From: Lytechinus pictus
Lineage: Eukaryota
DNA: 64,000 bases
NCBI RefSeq assembly: GCF_037042905.1
Contig: NC_087250.1
Location: 28,274,001 to 28,338,000, forward strand
Reading direction: 5' to 3'
Positions 50,770-64,000 of this stretch are shown one piece after another. The notes beneath the pieces are model-generated. The model had not been told where the DNA came from. It saw nothing but the letters and a program-made list of their open reading frames with translations, and made no database searches. Numbering within the stretch: the first letter of the stretch is position 1; the number at the start of each line of letters is the position of its first letter. Both the position numbers and the translations under genes were made by a program.

Positions 50770-51777
50770 ACATATACATGTATTGTATTTCTCAAAACAA
50801 GTTTTCATGATATACAATTTTGGTAGTCTTAAAAATCAAAGCTATAATGCTATCATGTATGCTCAAAAGTATATTTCTATTGTGTATAATTTATGTTATA
50901 AGATGAATGTACTTTGTAATGAAACCTGAATTGACCATCTGTGTTTTATTTCAATGTTTCTATTGTGAAAGATTCATGGTATAAAGATGTATATTGCCTA
51001 GTCAGGAGGGGGGGGGGGGGCAGTGATGGACAACCATCTTCATTATATGAATTTTCAGTAAATGAGTAAAGGTATTGGTGGGAATATGTGAAAATGGGAG
51101 GAAAACTGAAAGGTAGAAGGGAGTAAGAAGATCGTAAAGGTAGGGACTGAATCATGGAAATATAGATTTGTATTATTCTTTTTTACAGGGATAAAATGGT
51201 TCACAGTGATGTTCTCTGCCCCCCCCCCCTCTTCTATTTAACTATTCCGGCACCCCACCCTGATTCTAGATGAATGATTGATAATATAGTGAAAAAGATA
51301 ATTGATATCTTCCATTATTCTACAGAACCCTAAACCAAACTGTTTTTACCCATTTTATATTCATAAAATATAGTGACTGGAAAAAAGACTATCACAATGC
51401 ATTCAGCAAATCAATGCTAGAAAAGTGTCAATAGGATCCGAATTCTTTGAATTATTCTTTAGGGAATAGTGTAATGTTGTAATGACAGTTACTTCAAAAT
51501 AAACAACTTTTGTGTTGCCATATTCTCTATTTGGATTTAACTGATACCATGCCATGGTCTAACTCTGTGCTAAAATTATGGGAAGCCAGAAACGTCAAGA
51601 TTTTGTTTGCGCTGTATGTTTACTGTGCTCTTCACCGATTCTTCAATGGTGAAAAAACTATCTTAATCATTCACAGACAGTTATTTGAGAGTCAAATGAG
51701 CTGATGATTGAACCTCTGCTGTTTTATATCACAATTGGCTATCCATAGTTAAACCACATCTTTAGACCAGAGTTTAA

Positions 51778-52533
51778 CCCTAATTCTCCCGAGGGGGGGG
51801 GGCATAATGCCCCCCCCCCCCGACAATTTTCGTGATATATCTGCTGCGCAAAATTTTTTGACCTCGCCGCTCACAGACTTTTTACTTTCAAGTCTCGCGC
51901 AAATTTTGAGACCAAATTTGTGACGCCCGGGTACGCGGTTAGACATTACGCAACATTATGTAAGTGCATGTCAGACCCCAAATTGCTCATAAACGTGATT
52001 TTATGTACAAATCCAACGCAGATTGTGTATTAGCCAAAATCATAAATGTATCATTATTTCTACTTTTACTGATTAAACTTAATTCATTTTGCCTTGTTTA
52101 TGATTATAATTAAGTCTGGAGCGATTTCCATCGAAAAAACAATAAAAAAACAAAATGTAAAAAAAAAAAGAACAAAAAAACCCAATAAAATACATAAGAA
52201 AATAATAGGTCTTGGTATCAGAATTTTTTCATTCACAATTGTTAGGAATGCTATAAAGAATATTTTCACAAAAAATAGCATTCTAGGAGCTTTATTTAGT
52301 GAATCAGAGAAAGAGTATGATTTCATGAATAAATTAGCATAATTAATTTATATAAAATAAAAATATATGAATTCAGTGAATTAACTAATGCAACTGCGTA
52401 GATTACGTCATTCTCTGCCATCATGCAAATTTTCGTTGTGATCGCGCAATCCGCGGCTGAGATCTTAAGGGGGGCCATAATGCCCCCCCCCCCCCGGAAT
52501 GACAAGAATCAAAATACCCCGGGAGATTAAGGG
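51778..52533. mobile_element. Non-autonomous piggyBac-like element
   Basis: TTAA|CCCTAATTCTCCCG ... CGGGAGATTAAGGG|TTAA; the sub-terminal G-run/CATAATG/C-run motif occurs at both ends. Confidence 0.82.
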
Positions 52534-52561
52534 TTAAATTAAACCCGATATGAACCAGCTA

Positions 52562-52804
52562 CACTGCATAAACTCCGGTATTGATTTAACACCAGCCCAA
52601 AATCTATATATGTCCACACCAGAGAAGTATTGAAACAACACCAGTATAGAATCAAACCGCTGCTGTTTTTATAGTAATTTGTGTTGTATAAACACCTATC
52701 TGGTGTTAGACTTATACCAAAACCGGTGTTGTTTAACCCTTCTCTGGTGTGGACATATATAGATTCTGGGCTGGTGTTAAATCAACACCGGAGTTTTTAC
52801 AGTC
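52562..52804. mobile_element. Palindromic CACTG-type MITE
   Basis: ~80-bp imperfect TIRs (AACTCCGGT.TTGATTTAACACCAGCCCA.AATCTATATATGTCCACACCAGAGAAG) with TA flanks. Confidence 0.75.
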
Positions 52805-53486
52805 TAGTGGGTCTGAATTTTGTCTTTTCTTTTTTAAGTTTGATTTTGAGAAGTTAGTTGTGCTTTACTAGCATGACCAGATGAATGATTGATAGGTAGT
52901 GTGTGTGTGAGCATGGGAGAGAGATAGAGAGGGAAGGAGGGGTAAGGGAAAAATAAAAAATACACAGAATGTGTGGGACACATGCGGAAAAGGACTGAGT
53001 GTGCACGCATGTGTGTGTAAGAGAGAAAGGGAGATTGAGATAAGTGAGGGGATAACAACATTCCACTTCAATCTTCAAAGACTTCATAATATAAAATCCG
53101 TATTTCACACAATAATATTCTTATTCTATTTATTTCTTTCTTTTGGTGAGGGAGGGACGAGTTACAGTTATCATAGATACATTTTTTATTAGTTGCAAAT
53201 TAGCATTGTTTGTTGTTGCTATGTTGGTATACATGTAACAAGAGTTGATTCTATCTATCATGGGCCAATTCACATTTGATATTCGCTATCGAAGAAGAGG
53301 GGGGGGATGACCGCCCCTATTATTTTCGAAGCAGTGCAAACGAAGAAAAGGGGAGGAAAAGGAAGAGGGAAGAAAGAACGGGGTAAGTTAAGATATAAAT
53401 GACCCCATCTTTATCTCGTTATGCCCCTGTCAAAAAAAACCCGGCAACGGCTCTACTCCCACTGATCAGTGCCTACTCCCACAAAC

Positions 53487-53489
<3 letters not shown>

Positions 53490-53523
<34 letters not shown>

Positions 53524-53699
53524 CAAGTGCACATCTAGTTTCCAATAATGCATATAGCATTTCCATTTATTTGAAAGCAGGATAAAAGAGCATTGTAGAT
53601 TAAATGCCTTGCTCACGGGCATAGGTGCCGCGGCTGGGATCGAACCCCGGACTTTCCATGTATAGCCAGGCGCCTTTGACCACTCGGCCACGGCACCTC
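53490..53699 (-). mobile_element. tRNA-derived SINE with poly(A) tail
   Basis: Head GTGGCCGAGTGGTCAAAGGCG...GGTTCGATCCC, body GAGCAAGGCATTTAATC, ~30-nt A tail. Confidence 0.82.
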
Positions 53700-55319
53700 A
53701 ACTTATGATTTACATAATGGAAATTATGAAGAGCGCCATCTTGCGTAAAATTCTCATGCTCTTTTCACCCATCTATCGGGCCAAACTATTATCCTATGAA
53801 TGGCCTGTATATTTCGATCCCTGATTACGCGATCCATATCGGTCACATATCTTAAGTGGAGGCGGATTCAGATTATTGTGTGAGGGGTAGGGTGACCTAC
53901 ACGCGATGTTAGTATTTTGATCTCATTTGATTGCAACACTTTCTTTGATAAGGTTAAATACCCACCCCGCCCCTTTTCTCATTATTTTCGAAACGAAGGT
54001 GGAACTAGGGAATATTGATCTAGAAATAAACGTGATGTTAGAACATTGTACTGTTCACCCCCCCTTCCTCTTTCTTTTTCTTCATATATATTTAAAAAGA
54101 ATAGGGGGGGGTAGGCACAATATCCCCGGAGCACCGCCGCTGATCTCAAATACAAAGCCATAATAGCGCTGAAATAATAAATTGACCTTTGTTTCCCCGC
54201 CTTATTTACATTAAGAGTTTAACGAAGGTGAAATTGATGTTGACCGCAAATTAGAGCCCCATTTGTTGCCATAGAGAACACGCTATCCCCTAATGAGAGC
54301 AAAGTTTGCCGTGGTAATTTCGTAATAACAGCGGAAATGTATTTATCACACAAATAGGTAAAATGAAAAATGGGACGTGTTTCGTTTGACTAAACGATAT
54401 AGAGTTTACAGTCATCAATCAGAAATGAATGCGTTACCACTTTCAAAGGCTCTTCTCGTCTATGTTTTATTGCAAGTTTTATTAATCCTTCGATTTAGCG
54501 GTGCTGGGATGGGGAAAGGGCAGGGGCTAATCGCCACTAAGATCGTTATAGAGATAAAAAAAAACTCTAAAGGGGTAGGGAAGATGATAAGATGAATGCA
54601 TTGGAGTTATGGGTGTACTGCATGTTTTATATTACAGGCAATGCCGTGGGGGCGAAGGGGGGGGGGGGGTTGCAAGGATCATGCAGTCACCCCTATATGA
54701 TTGATAACATTGATCAAAAAATAAATAGAGAGGGAAAAGGATGGGAAGATAGGGAATGCACGAAAGGATAAGAATTCAACATTTAGTAGGCTATGAGAGA
54801 GAGAGAGAGAGAGAGAGAACGAAATGAAGAAGGAGAGAGGAGAGTAGAGGTAGATGCAGAGATAAACAGATATCGACATAGACATGTAGAATAAAGTGAA
54901 TGAGAAAAAATAGGTAAAGGTGAGAAAGAGAGAGGGCGAGAGAGCAGGGGGGGGGGGACTCAAAAAGATCAAGAACACACGCCTCTATTCTCAAAGAGCT
55001 AATTAGAATGAGTGTCGTTTTCTATTATTCATTTTCTCCATTCAATATTGTGATATTACCGGTATTTCTTAACAAGTATCGTGTATACGCGTAGACAGTC
55101 ACCTTTCAGATAGCTTGATTAGTAGTGTCCTAGAAACCCTCATTATTAAACCATTCTTTCTTCAAATTCGAAATTGTCATTAACATCTAGTTTATTGTAG
55201 AATTACTTATATTCTCAATGATGCATAGCCGCCAATATGATTGCGCACAGGTTATGTACGGTTTAGTAAGTCACGGCGTTTGTGCCTGTAAATGTGTATT
55301 TGTTAACTGTGAAATATGA

Positions 55320-55320
<1 letters not shown>

Positions 55321-55402
<82 letters not shown>
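55321..55402. repeat. (CA)n(TA)n microsatellite
   Basis: Directly visible. Confidence 0.95.
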
Positions 55403-55404
<2 letters not shown>

Positions 55405-57502
55405 CATCATGTACATATAGATATATATACATATATCCTCCATACGCACACCATCACATCCTTATGCATAGAGTTATTTATTCACACCAACACGCACCTT
55501 CCCTCACACATCCACATAAAACATATAAAATATGATTGTCTATATATTCATTCTTTTAGTATGTCATTTTTTGCTTTTTAATAAACCTCTGATGTGTCGC
55601 TAAGAATGTATAAATGTTGATCACCTTTTATCATTTTAATAGTGTGAAACGATTTCACTTTGAACGCAATACAAACTCACTGTGACGCGTAATTATGCGT
55701 TATTTTCTATGTTATTCAATAAAACAATAGTGACACACCAGGTTTTACATGACATGGATGAGAATATGATTTCCTGAGAACATTACAATTCATTTGCCTT
55801 TATTTCTTATCATAGTGATTGGACGAAGTGAAAGAGTAGTGCTGCAGTCACTTTTCCTCTACAGTTTGAAGAAAAAAAACAAAGAAAATGGCTGATTTTA
55901 ACGCGCCTATACTGCCACCGTAGAGGAAATGTAACTGTATCATTAACTGAAAGGAATTATTATTTTGGGAAGCATCGAGGCACTCACTCTACGATTTTAA
56001 AATTATGTGTGTGTATGGGGGGGGGGGGGGTGGAGGGGTTACATGGACAAAGAAGATTCACCCCCCCCCCTCTTCTCAGAAAAAAAGGATCCACGATATA
56101 GTCTTTATACCAACATAATTTCCATATAATTCAGTTGTTATTTTACAGCTTCAATTAAGAAAAAAACTTAATAAGATCAAAATAAGAGGGTCGTAATAAA
56201 ACGGAACAGAGAGTATATAATAACGAAGCGAAATGATATAGTGAAATAGCAATGAAACGGATAGAGAAGGGACTATACCTATCATGATACAGGATGTATA
56301 TGTTTTAAGTGTCGCTAACTCAAACCCCATCCCTCGGTAAACAGAAACAATCATGTAGCCTCTATGCATTCATGTATAAAACAAGAGGTTAGTAATAATA
56401 TAAAAAAGAGAGCACATAATAACAAAATGAAATGATATACCAAGAAACGAATAGAGAAGGAAATGTACCAACCATGATCGTCATTTATATTCATGTATTC
56501 TACATGATGTTTTTTTTTTTTAATGTCACTAACTCATAAACCTTTTGCTAATGTTCTATACCGTTATCCCATGACGTCATAACGTGCATGGGGGTCTTGA
56601 TATAAGAATAGGTGAGATAACTAACTGAATTGAATAACAATAGACTAGGTATACACGCCTGATAAGAATAAACAAGACACTGTTATTATAACCTCTCATT
56701 ATTGAATACAGAGATCCATTCAGTCATAAGTAATTATAAGGACATCCTTCCCTCGGTTTGTATTTGTAAGCGAACTTCCTTCTTAGATTCTGAATAATAT
56801 TGGCAACTACCTTTTCGCCTGGATTAGGATGTACTATGTTATTTTGTGTGGAAAGAGGTATTTTAAGACTCAGTATTGGTATGTTTCTGTTATGTTAAAT
56901 TCCCAAAGCGTCATGAAAATAGACAGAGTAGATGAAATTCACCAAATGTTTAAGCAATGGGTAGAAGTGAATTATGAATTATTAATAAATGAAGCAGGAA
57001 ATATAAGAATGAATGAACATACTTTCTTTCTTTTGGATCAGATATGAACAAATATATAAAAATATGAGATATATCTTGATTGTGTGTGTCTGTATGTATA
57101 ACCATGCCAGTCAATTCCTAATACGTTACAGTAAACCTATTTTTTTTAATCCTTTATGCCGTTTAAACTCAAGATGTATTTATATATTGGTTGTAGGTAG
57201 TTTTTCCAATTAACGAACCATACTCACATCATATTTCTTTATTATGTGTGATCGGAATCACACGTCCCTAATAAGTGAGACCCCAATTGTCAGTCACAAA
57301 TTAGTGTGTGTGTGTGATTGTGTTCGGGTATGAATAAATCTTAACAATGGAAACAATGATAAAAGAGCAATCGCTTAATTTAGGATCCCTTGGCAAAAAC
57401 ATGATGGCAGCAAATGTTCAGAATGTCATGACGGAGATGAAAATAAAAAGATGTACATGTATTGATGATGATTTCGAGAACGTCTACAGATCATGCAATC
57501 AT

Positions 57503-57697
57503 GGAGGCGCGATAGCTCAGTCGGTAGAGCGGGGGTTTCGGATTTCGGTGACCCGGGTTCGATTCCCAAGTGGTGCGCTAGTGCCCTTTGGTAAGGCATT
57601 TATCCTCATTACCAGGTCCCTCGGAGAGGACCTTAAGCCGTTGGTCCCCTGGTTGCTTGCTCACAGGCATTCGTGCTTTCTTAGCAGTCAGGTAAAA
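57503..57697 (+). mobile_element. tRNA-derived SINE with Meta-like core
   Basis: A box TAGCTCAGTCGGTAGAGC, B box GGTTCGATTCC; core GTCCCTCGGAGAGGACCTTAAGCCGTTGGTCCC resembles the MetaSINE domain as recalled. Confidence 0.75.
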
Positions 57698-59496
57698 CGA
57701 CCTCGGTATAACAATATAATCATGATAATACTAGTCTTAAAACAGATGACCTTAATTTCACAATTGTTGAGACAATGGTAGTCAGAATTATCGAAATTAT
57801 TGAAAACGAGTCACTTGGACTTGGTAGGCCTACTGAATTAACCAACTACCTGGCTGTATTCTGAGTCAAATATCCTATGTTTACAAAGTTAAAAGAAAGC
57901 AACCCACCACACCCACATACGCACACAATTTCCCACCCATACGCACACCCACCACTCCTATAACAATCTCCCTTAATTTGCTTCTAAGTGCATTCTTACA
58001 TCAGGATGAATGGCGCCTCGCGTCGCCTCAAAAAACACATTCTGCCCGCTTTGCCAAGGAAAGTCCGAGCTCGCACACAAAACGCGCTTTCATCGTCTAC
58101 CACAACCCTGACTAGCGGGACGTGAAGTTTACTCTTGCTGATAAAATGAACTCTGTACTGCTATCATTCGACTTTGGACGGTCGATGGAACAACTACTCA
58201 CAAACTTTATCTCTCGTTTGTTTGGACACATATCATAACCTCGTGTGTGTCTATTGCAATTCTCTCTCACGATCTATACAGCACTGTGTGATATTAATAC
58301 ATTGACTTGATACCGACTACAAAAGCATCGACATATTTGGGATTGTTATTTACAAAATTTGGTTCGTTTCGATGATTAATTATCAACGGCGGTATCTCAA
58401 AAACGTATTCTTGTGCTAAGCAGCCGTTGACTGTTTAACTAATTTCAGAGGAATAATAGGCCCTATGTCATCATTAATTTAATCTAGCATGTTTAGGAGA
58501 ATCTCTTGGACCATTCCTGGATAACTGACGTAATTTCATGTACCGTGCTGAATGTTATGGCCTGATAAGGTTCATCTATTGGGTGAAGTATAATTAAAAA
58601 GCATTTATCAGGACCGGAATATTTCGGACGACTTCTGATGAACTTGATCTTCTATATAGAGCAAAAAACAAAAACAAAACATTTTCAAAAGACCTTTTCT
58701 GTATATACGGAGCGGGTGTTATAACAGGGAACAAATATTGAAAAAAAATATATATATCGTCTTGGTGTTTGTCTAAAGCCCATATTGTGATCGACGTTCT
58801 TTCTTCTTTGTTTTGCGTGGGCAAATAACGAAACATCCCTTGCAAGCAGAAAATATATGTGAAACTGATTCCCAGAATTGATTGTGAAAACAGTGTGACG
58901 CTCGAAATGCTTTATTGCTACCCTTAACTTCATTGGAGTCAGAAACATCCTTTTTAAAAGTAAGGTCGCTGCTTTTGGGTTGCGAAAACAAAGGAATCAC
59001 ACCATTCTTCGATTCTTTGCATTGCAGTTGAACTTCAATGAAGAGATATATCATTCAATATTCGGTAAAGGCATTCTTGATGTAATGTGTGATTGATGAT
59101 AACACGTATATGTTACACGCTACATCAACTTATTGCTGGATATCGACGTGAGTCTTCTTCCTGATGTTCTCAACGTGTCTAGATTCACAGGTAGAGTGAC
59201 ATTTAGATCGTTTATCAAGACGAACAGCATCAGAAGAAGCATTTATCCGTGTGTTCAATAGTAATTACGACTCGAGCATCATTTTCCGAAATACATTTGT
59301 TCGACGTAAAGTCATCCCTATTCGTTGCATCTCAATCCAAAAACTCAAACTGCAAATTGCTATCAACAAGGCAATCGAACTAAGGTTTATATGTCGGGCA
59401 AGGTTTATCCACGCCTATGAATACATTTTTCGTAATTCTTAAACACCGGATAAATCTCTGTTAATTGTATACAAGTCAATTGACGCAAGGAAAAGC

Positions 59497-59865
59497 ATGA
59501 TGGATGTGCAGATCAGAGGCATAGCGACATTCAAAGTTCTACTTATCGCCGGGGCAATCACATCGTGTCTGTCAAATTCGCAGGATATCTCAGCGACACC
59601 GGAAGATATTCGTGATGGTTATACGGCGACAGAGCTCGGTTCAACTGCGACTACAGAGAGTAATGCTGATAGTACTGTGGTCAATGAGGGGCCTGGAGTG
59701 AGGGATATTCACGTGGTTGGTTTGTTCCCGTTAAGTGGTGTAGGAGAAGAGAAGTCCCTCGGATTGGGCGTCTTACCTGCCGTAGAGCTGGCTTTAGAAC
59801 ATGTCAGACAGAGTAAAGATGTTCTTAACGGATTCAATCTACATACAACCTTCAATGATACAATG
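59497..59865 (+). CDS. GABBR2: GABA-B receptor subunit 2-like class C GPCR, first coding exon (gene continues beyond the window)
   Basis: Signal-peptide-like N-terminus, then DIHVVGLFPL...SLGLGVLPAVELALEHV...LNGFNL...NDTM|GTGAGT, matching the Venus-flytrap start 'G.GVLPAVELA' of GABA-B2. Confidence 0.8.
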
Positions 59866-62144
59866 GTGAGTTGAAAATATCTTTCACAATTCCACTTATA
59901 GAGTTACAACTTTCAAAACTTTCTTATTCCTGCGTGAAAGAACATGAGGATTTGAGTGTGTCGCACGGTTGGCACACGATGCGTTCACGGTATGCTCACG
60001 GTGTATGCACATTCTATATCTAAATTTGCAACTTCTTCCTGTTGCAAAGAGAAGTGTCTTAAAGTGTGTCCCATTGAATGTTCAGAGCGTGGAACTAGTG
60101 TTAAATTGTATAAGTTTATTGTTCATCTCCATCCACAGACACGACTTAAAGAATATTCACACTGTTTTGACTGTAGAAGTCCCTACAGTGTGGAATATCT
60201 TTACAGTTAAATTTGACCATTTCAATATAGTAAATTGCTTCTTCATATACTGAAGAAGTGTACTTGAAGAACACACTATGCGATACTAATCCTCCCGGTA
60301 GGGATATCTCAAAAAGACTTTCATTTTCTTACTGAAAAGAGCAGTATGCCTCACAATTTGTTCACATAATAAGACTGTAAGAAGTTGTGACGCAAACTGT
60401 TAAAATGCTCAAATTTTACAGTGTGAACACGATGTTTTCTTAACATCGTGTTCCACACTGTGGGGTACTGCTCTTTCCACGAAGTCGATACATTAGTTTG
60501 TAGCTAATAATTAAAACGACACAATGTTCGCGATTAACCAAAAAGAAGACTATTCATTCAATAGATCATTCAATCAAAGACTGAATGCTTTTATACTCTT
60601 AACAAATATGAATCCTAATCGTTATGCAATTTATGGCTTTGTTACATATATGTTTCATTGAATTATTCCTCGTAGGCTACACTAATCACAATGTATAATG
60701 ATATAATATGCACATACGTCAGTACGTGTGACAAGTTTAACAGTGAAGATGGAGATCAGAGACAAAACTGAGAAAGAAAACAATGAAAATGTACAAAAGG
60801 GAAGGAGATGCAAACAAGGAGAATGACGGACTTAGAGAGGGAGAGGTAGAGAGAAAGAGAAGAGAGAGGAGGAAAGAGGGAGAGATGGAGGAAGAGATAA
60901 AGTAAAACGGAACAGAAAAAAATAATAACTTGAGAGAGTTCGGTGGCAATTCATAAAGCATTCAATGGCGAAAATGAAAGGTTTTCATCGAAAAGGGAAA
61001 AGTCAAAAGTGATATGAATAGATGTAAATTGATGCAATTTATTCAGTGAAGCGTGTGCAAGCGGTGACATATCCAGGCCTGTTGTCAGTTTATGTTATCC
61101 CAGGGTAGCTACCCATTGTTTGGCAATGTCACAGTCACACCCACGTGACCAATGAAACGGTATCCGATCCCATGATGTGTTATTTGAAATATATCGTACA
61201 CGCAATAGCTTTGATCGATCAAATGTCGGTTTAGGAGGTGTAACCGTAACACTTTATAAGATAAAACCGATTACTAAGAAGAAAAAATGAGGGAGAAGAA
61301 GAAGAAAGAGGAGAAGAAGAAGCAGAAGAAGGAAAATAAGAAAAAGAAGGGGGAGAAGAAGAAAATAAAACAAAGGATGAAGAGAAGAAGAGGAAGGACA
61401 AGAAGAAGAAGATGGAGGATGAGAAGAAAAGGGAGGAGAAGGAGAGAAAAAATAATACGAAGAAACAGGGAAAGAAGAAGGAGAAGAAGGAAGAAAAGGG
61501 AGAAGAAGAAGATGAAAGATGAAGTAAAAGAAAGAGAAGTGCAAACTTTGCTATTCAAAATAATTTGCATATTTTAAATCAGTGAATTTGGGTAAAATCT
61601 AGAGATGTGATATGATTGTAGTTGTAAATCGCAATGACTCAGACACATTTTTTCTGAAATGTGAGACGTCTTTGATTATTAGTAAGAAATAAGATCTTTT
61701 AGAGAATTGATGGAGCGCCGTTGCTTCATAATGAATATGATAATATTCTACATCATTCTACAGCAATCGCTCTTTCTAGCGAGGCGACGCCAGGATATTT
61801 TGGATGGAGGGAGGGGGGCCCTAAATGTGACATCATTTACATAAGTTGTATAACTACATCACGGCACAAGCCTCTCTTTTTGATAATCTACTATCGCCTT
61901 TCTTCCCTTTTCTTTGTTTTTTTCTCTCATTCTTGTAAAAGTAAAATTCATGTGGACGATCACCCCAACCCCACTTCCGTTGCGCATCCCATACCTACTA
62001 TCCATAAATTCTTAGGCGTTGGTTGAAATTCAAGATCGACATTATTTCTATTGCGAACGTGTGGCATGAAATAGTGCTTGTTAGCTGTTATTGTCTGACT
62101 CGTTGTTATGTCAAATGATTTTCCCAAGCTAAATAAAAAGATGT

Positions 62145-62228
<84 letters not shown>

Positions 62229-62295
62229 ACATATATATAGGCGTAAATAAATCAAGCATTAACGCTAGACGTAGCTTCCAAGTATCTCTTTTATT

Positions 62296-62328
62296 GCGAG
62301 CTTTCGGCCAGTGGGGCCTTCATCAGGC
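62296..62328 (-). ncRNA. Minimal type-I hammerhead ribozyme motif
   Basis: Exact reverse complement of 62801-62833. Confidence 0.78.
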
Positions 62329-62800
62329 CTATAATGCATTGAAACAAACAAAATAGAACAAAACCATACAAATAAAATCGTAATAACAACAAAGTAAATA
62401 ATGTGTAGCAAAGGGTACAGAACAGAAGGATTACACTAAGATAACAAAAAATAACAACAGAGGGAGTTGAGTACAGAACAGAAGGGTTACAGTAAGATAA
62501 CAAAAATAACAACAGAGGGGGTAATGGCTTAAACGAGATGGTGGAATACAATAGAAACGATTGGGAAACTTAAGTGTGTGGAAAGACAAGGTATTTACCA
62601 GCATTGAAATTAACTTTGGTTTCTGTAGAGATCTTACTGTAACCCTTCTGTTCTGTACTCAACCCCCTCTGTTGTTATTTTTTGTAATCTTAGTGTAATC
62701 CTTCTGTTCTGTACCCTTTGCTACACATTATTTACTTTGTTGTTATTACGATTTTATTTGTATGGTTTTGTTCTATTTTGTTTGTTACAATGCATTATAG

Positions 62801-62833
62801 GCCTGATGAAGGCCCCACTGGCCGAAAGCTCGC
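62801..62833 (+). ncRNA. Minimal type-I hammerhead ribozyme motif
   Basis: GC-CTGATGA-A-GGCC-CCACT-GGCC-GAAA-GC-TC-GC: canonical CUGAUGA/GAAA core, 4-bp stem II, palindromic AGCU stem III and a CUC cleavage triplet. Confidence 0.8.
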
Positions 62834-62946
62834 AATAAAAGAGATACTTGGAAGCTACGTCTAGCGTTAATGCTTGATTTATTTACGCCTATACGTAGAA
62901 CATGACGCGCTGCAATACACGTTGTGCAAAGGGCCCTCTTCCTTTT

Positions 62947-62990
<44 letters not shown>

Positions 62991-63183
62991 GTGTGTGTGT
63001 GTGTGAAGTTATACATGTACAACATCTTTGGCAACTCTTTTATTTAAATATTGTGTGAAAGAAATTGATGATTCCCGGCAGAGACATTTTTTCGGCATTG
63101 CCAATTTTTCCAAAGGGTAGATAGCTCTGGGGAACCTTGATTTAAGCCACGCCTACCATTGTTCTCTTTATCCATTTCTTTCA

Positions 63184-63224
<41 letters not shown>

Positions 63225-64000
63225 GATACAAAAGAACAATGATATATAATCGCGGAATTGCTAGAATAATATCAAGGATTAACGTCTTAGATATACTACA
63301 GTAATTATGTAACCATTGCCATCATGATAATATATTGCCGCATACTAGATTACATTGCCGCTATTATAAACTTGTTTTCATACCTGTGTATTCATGTCAC
63401 CTGAGACGGCAGGGCACTCTGAAGGCCTTTTTCATAATATAGTTGCAATCACTCACTACTCTAAAATCAAACACATCTTTATTTTCAGCCAATGAAAAGC
63501 GCGTATTACGGACTTGTGAGTAATTTTATGAGTTGCGTTCAAACGCAACTCTTTGAGCAACCTGATCCTGTTATCCTATTCCATTTTGCTATAATTATGA
63601 GCTTCCAACGTGTGGCTGATTTCTTTGGCAACCCTCAAGCAATGGATATGTTCTAGCGGGCTGGAACCCCATGAAACACGAGCAGGTATTGTGTTCTTGC
63701 TTTGGGAGATATCGCAGGGAAAAGAAAACTGGCGCGAAGATAGAGCGGGATATCTCAGCCCGGGGAGATCTAAATTCATAATTATAACAACTCGATCGAT
63801 AGAAAGCAGAATTTCGATCTTCTTTCCCGAGCCATGCAGGTGTATTATGGGACGAACGAGGATTGGATTGCCAAGGAATTTACTAAAATCATTACAGGTC
63901 AAAATAAACAATCAAAAGGGGTGTACATACATTTAAAATTGGAGAGGGTGGGGGAGGTAAGTGGAAGTTTTTATATTTTGATTCATTCTTTTTTGTTTAG

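Larger units (their letters stand above)
62236..62893. mobile_element. Inverted pair of Penelope-type pseudo-LTR sequences
   Basis: 263-bp arms (62236-62498 and 62631-62893) with ~3 mismatches by eye and a 132-bp spacer. Each arm has a hammerhead motif followed by AATAAA; the left arm abuts a (TA)n tract. Confidence 0.85.

Noticed and set aside
57503..57575. tRNA genes here and at ~53625-53699, ~50700-50769 and ~41130-41204
   Set aside because: A/B boxes are present but continue into SINE cores and tails, so these are SINE heads.
61254..61577. Lys/Arg-rich and Leu/Phe-rich ORFs
   Set aside because: Translations of a degenerate (GAA)n purine tract.
63960..64000. Possible splice acceptor for GABA-B2 exon 2 at the window end
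   Set aside because: A pyrimidine tract plus TAG is present, but the downstream sequence is not visible, so it cannot be supported.

Overview
AT-rich, repeat-dense animal genomic DNA. The repeat families look echinoderm/sea-urchin-like; this is inference, not a database result. Three host genes are on the + strand: a complete 4-exon CD225/dispanin (PRRT1/IFITM-like) gene (2723-10369), a multi-exon TRMT12/TYW2 gene (five coding exons, 35741-42370; 5' exon not located) and the first coding exon of a GABA-B receptor subunit-2-like gene (59497-59865). The rest is largely nested mobile DNA: a full-length decayed L1/Tx1 LINE with a Penelope (GIY-YIG) element inside it, CR1/Crack and L2 LINE pieces, a Gypsy gag split by a Helentron-type element, tRNA-derived SINEs, and Academ-, Sola-, Kolobok-, piggyBac-, Tc1- and hAT-like non-autonomous elements. 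The most unusual structure is at 19345-24014: an unclassified DNA element with an 8-bp TSD, two different CACTC... ends and outward-pointing promoter/splice-donor-like modules, into whose left end a second family member inserted in reverse, making a ~680-bp palindrome. Also notable are a near-perfect inverted pair of hammerhead-bearing Penelope-type repeats (62236-62893) and a head-to-tail TIR-element dimer joined by a single base (16471-17284). All alignments were done by eye.
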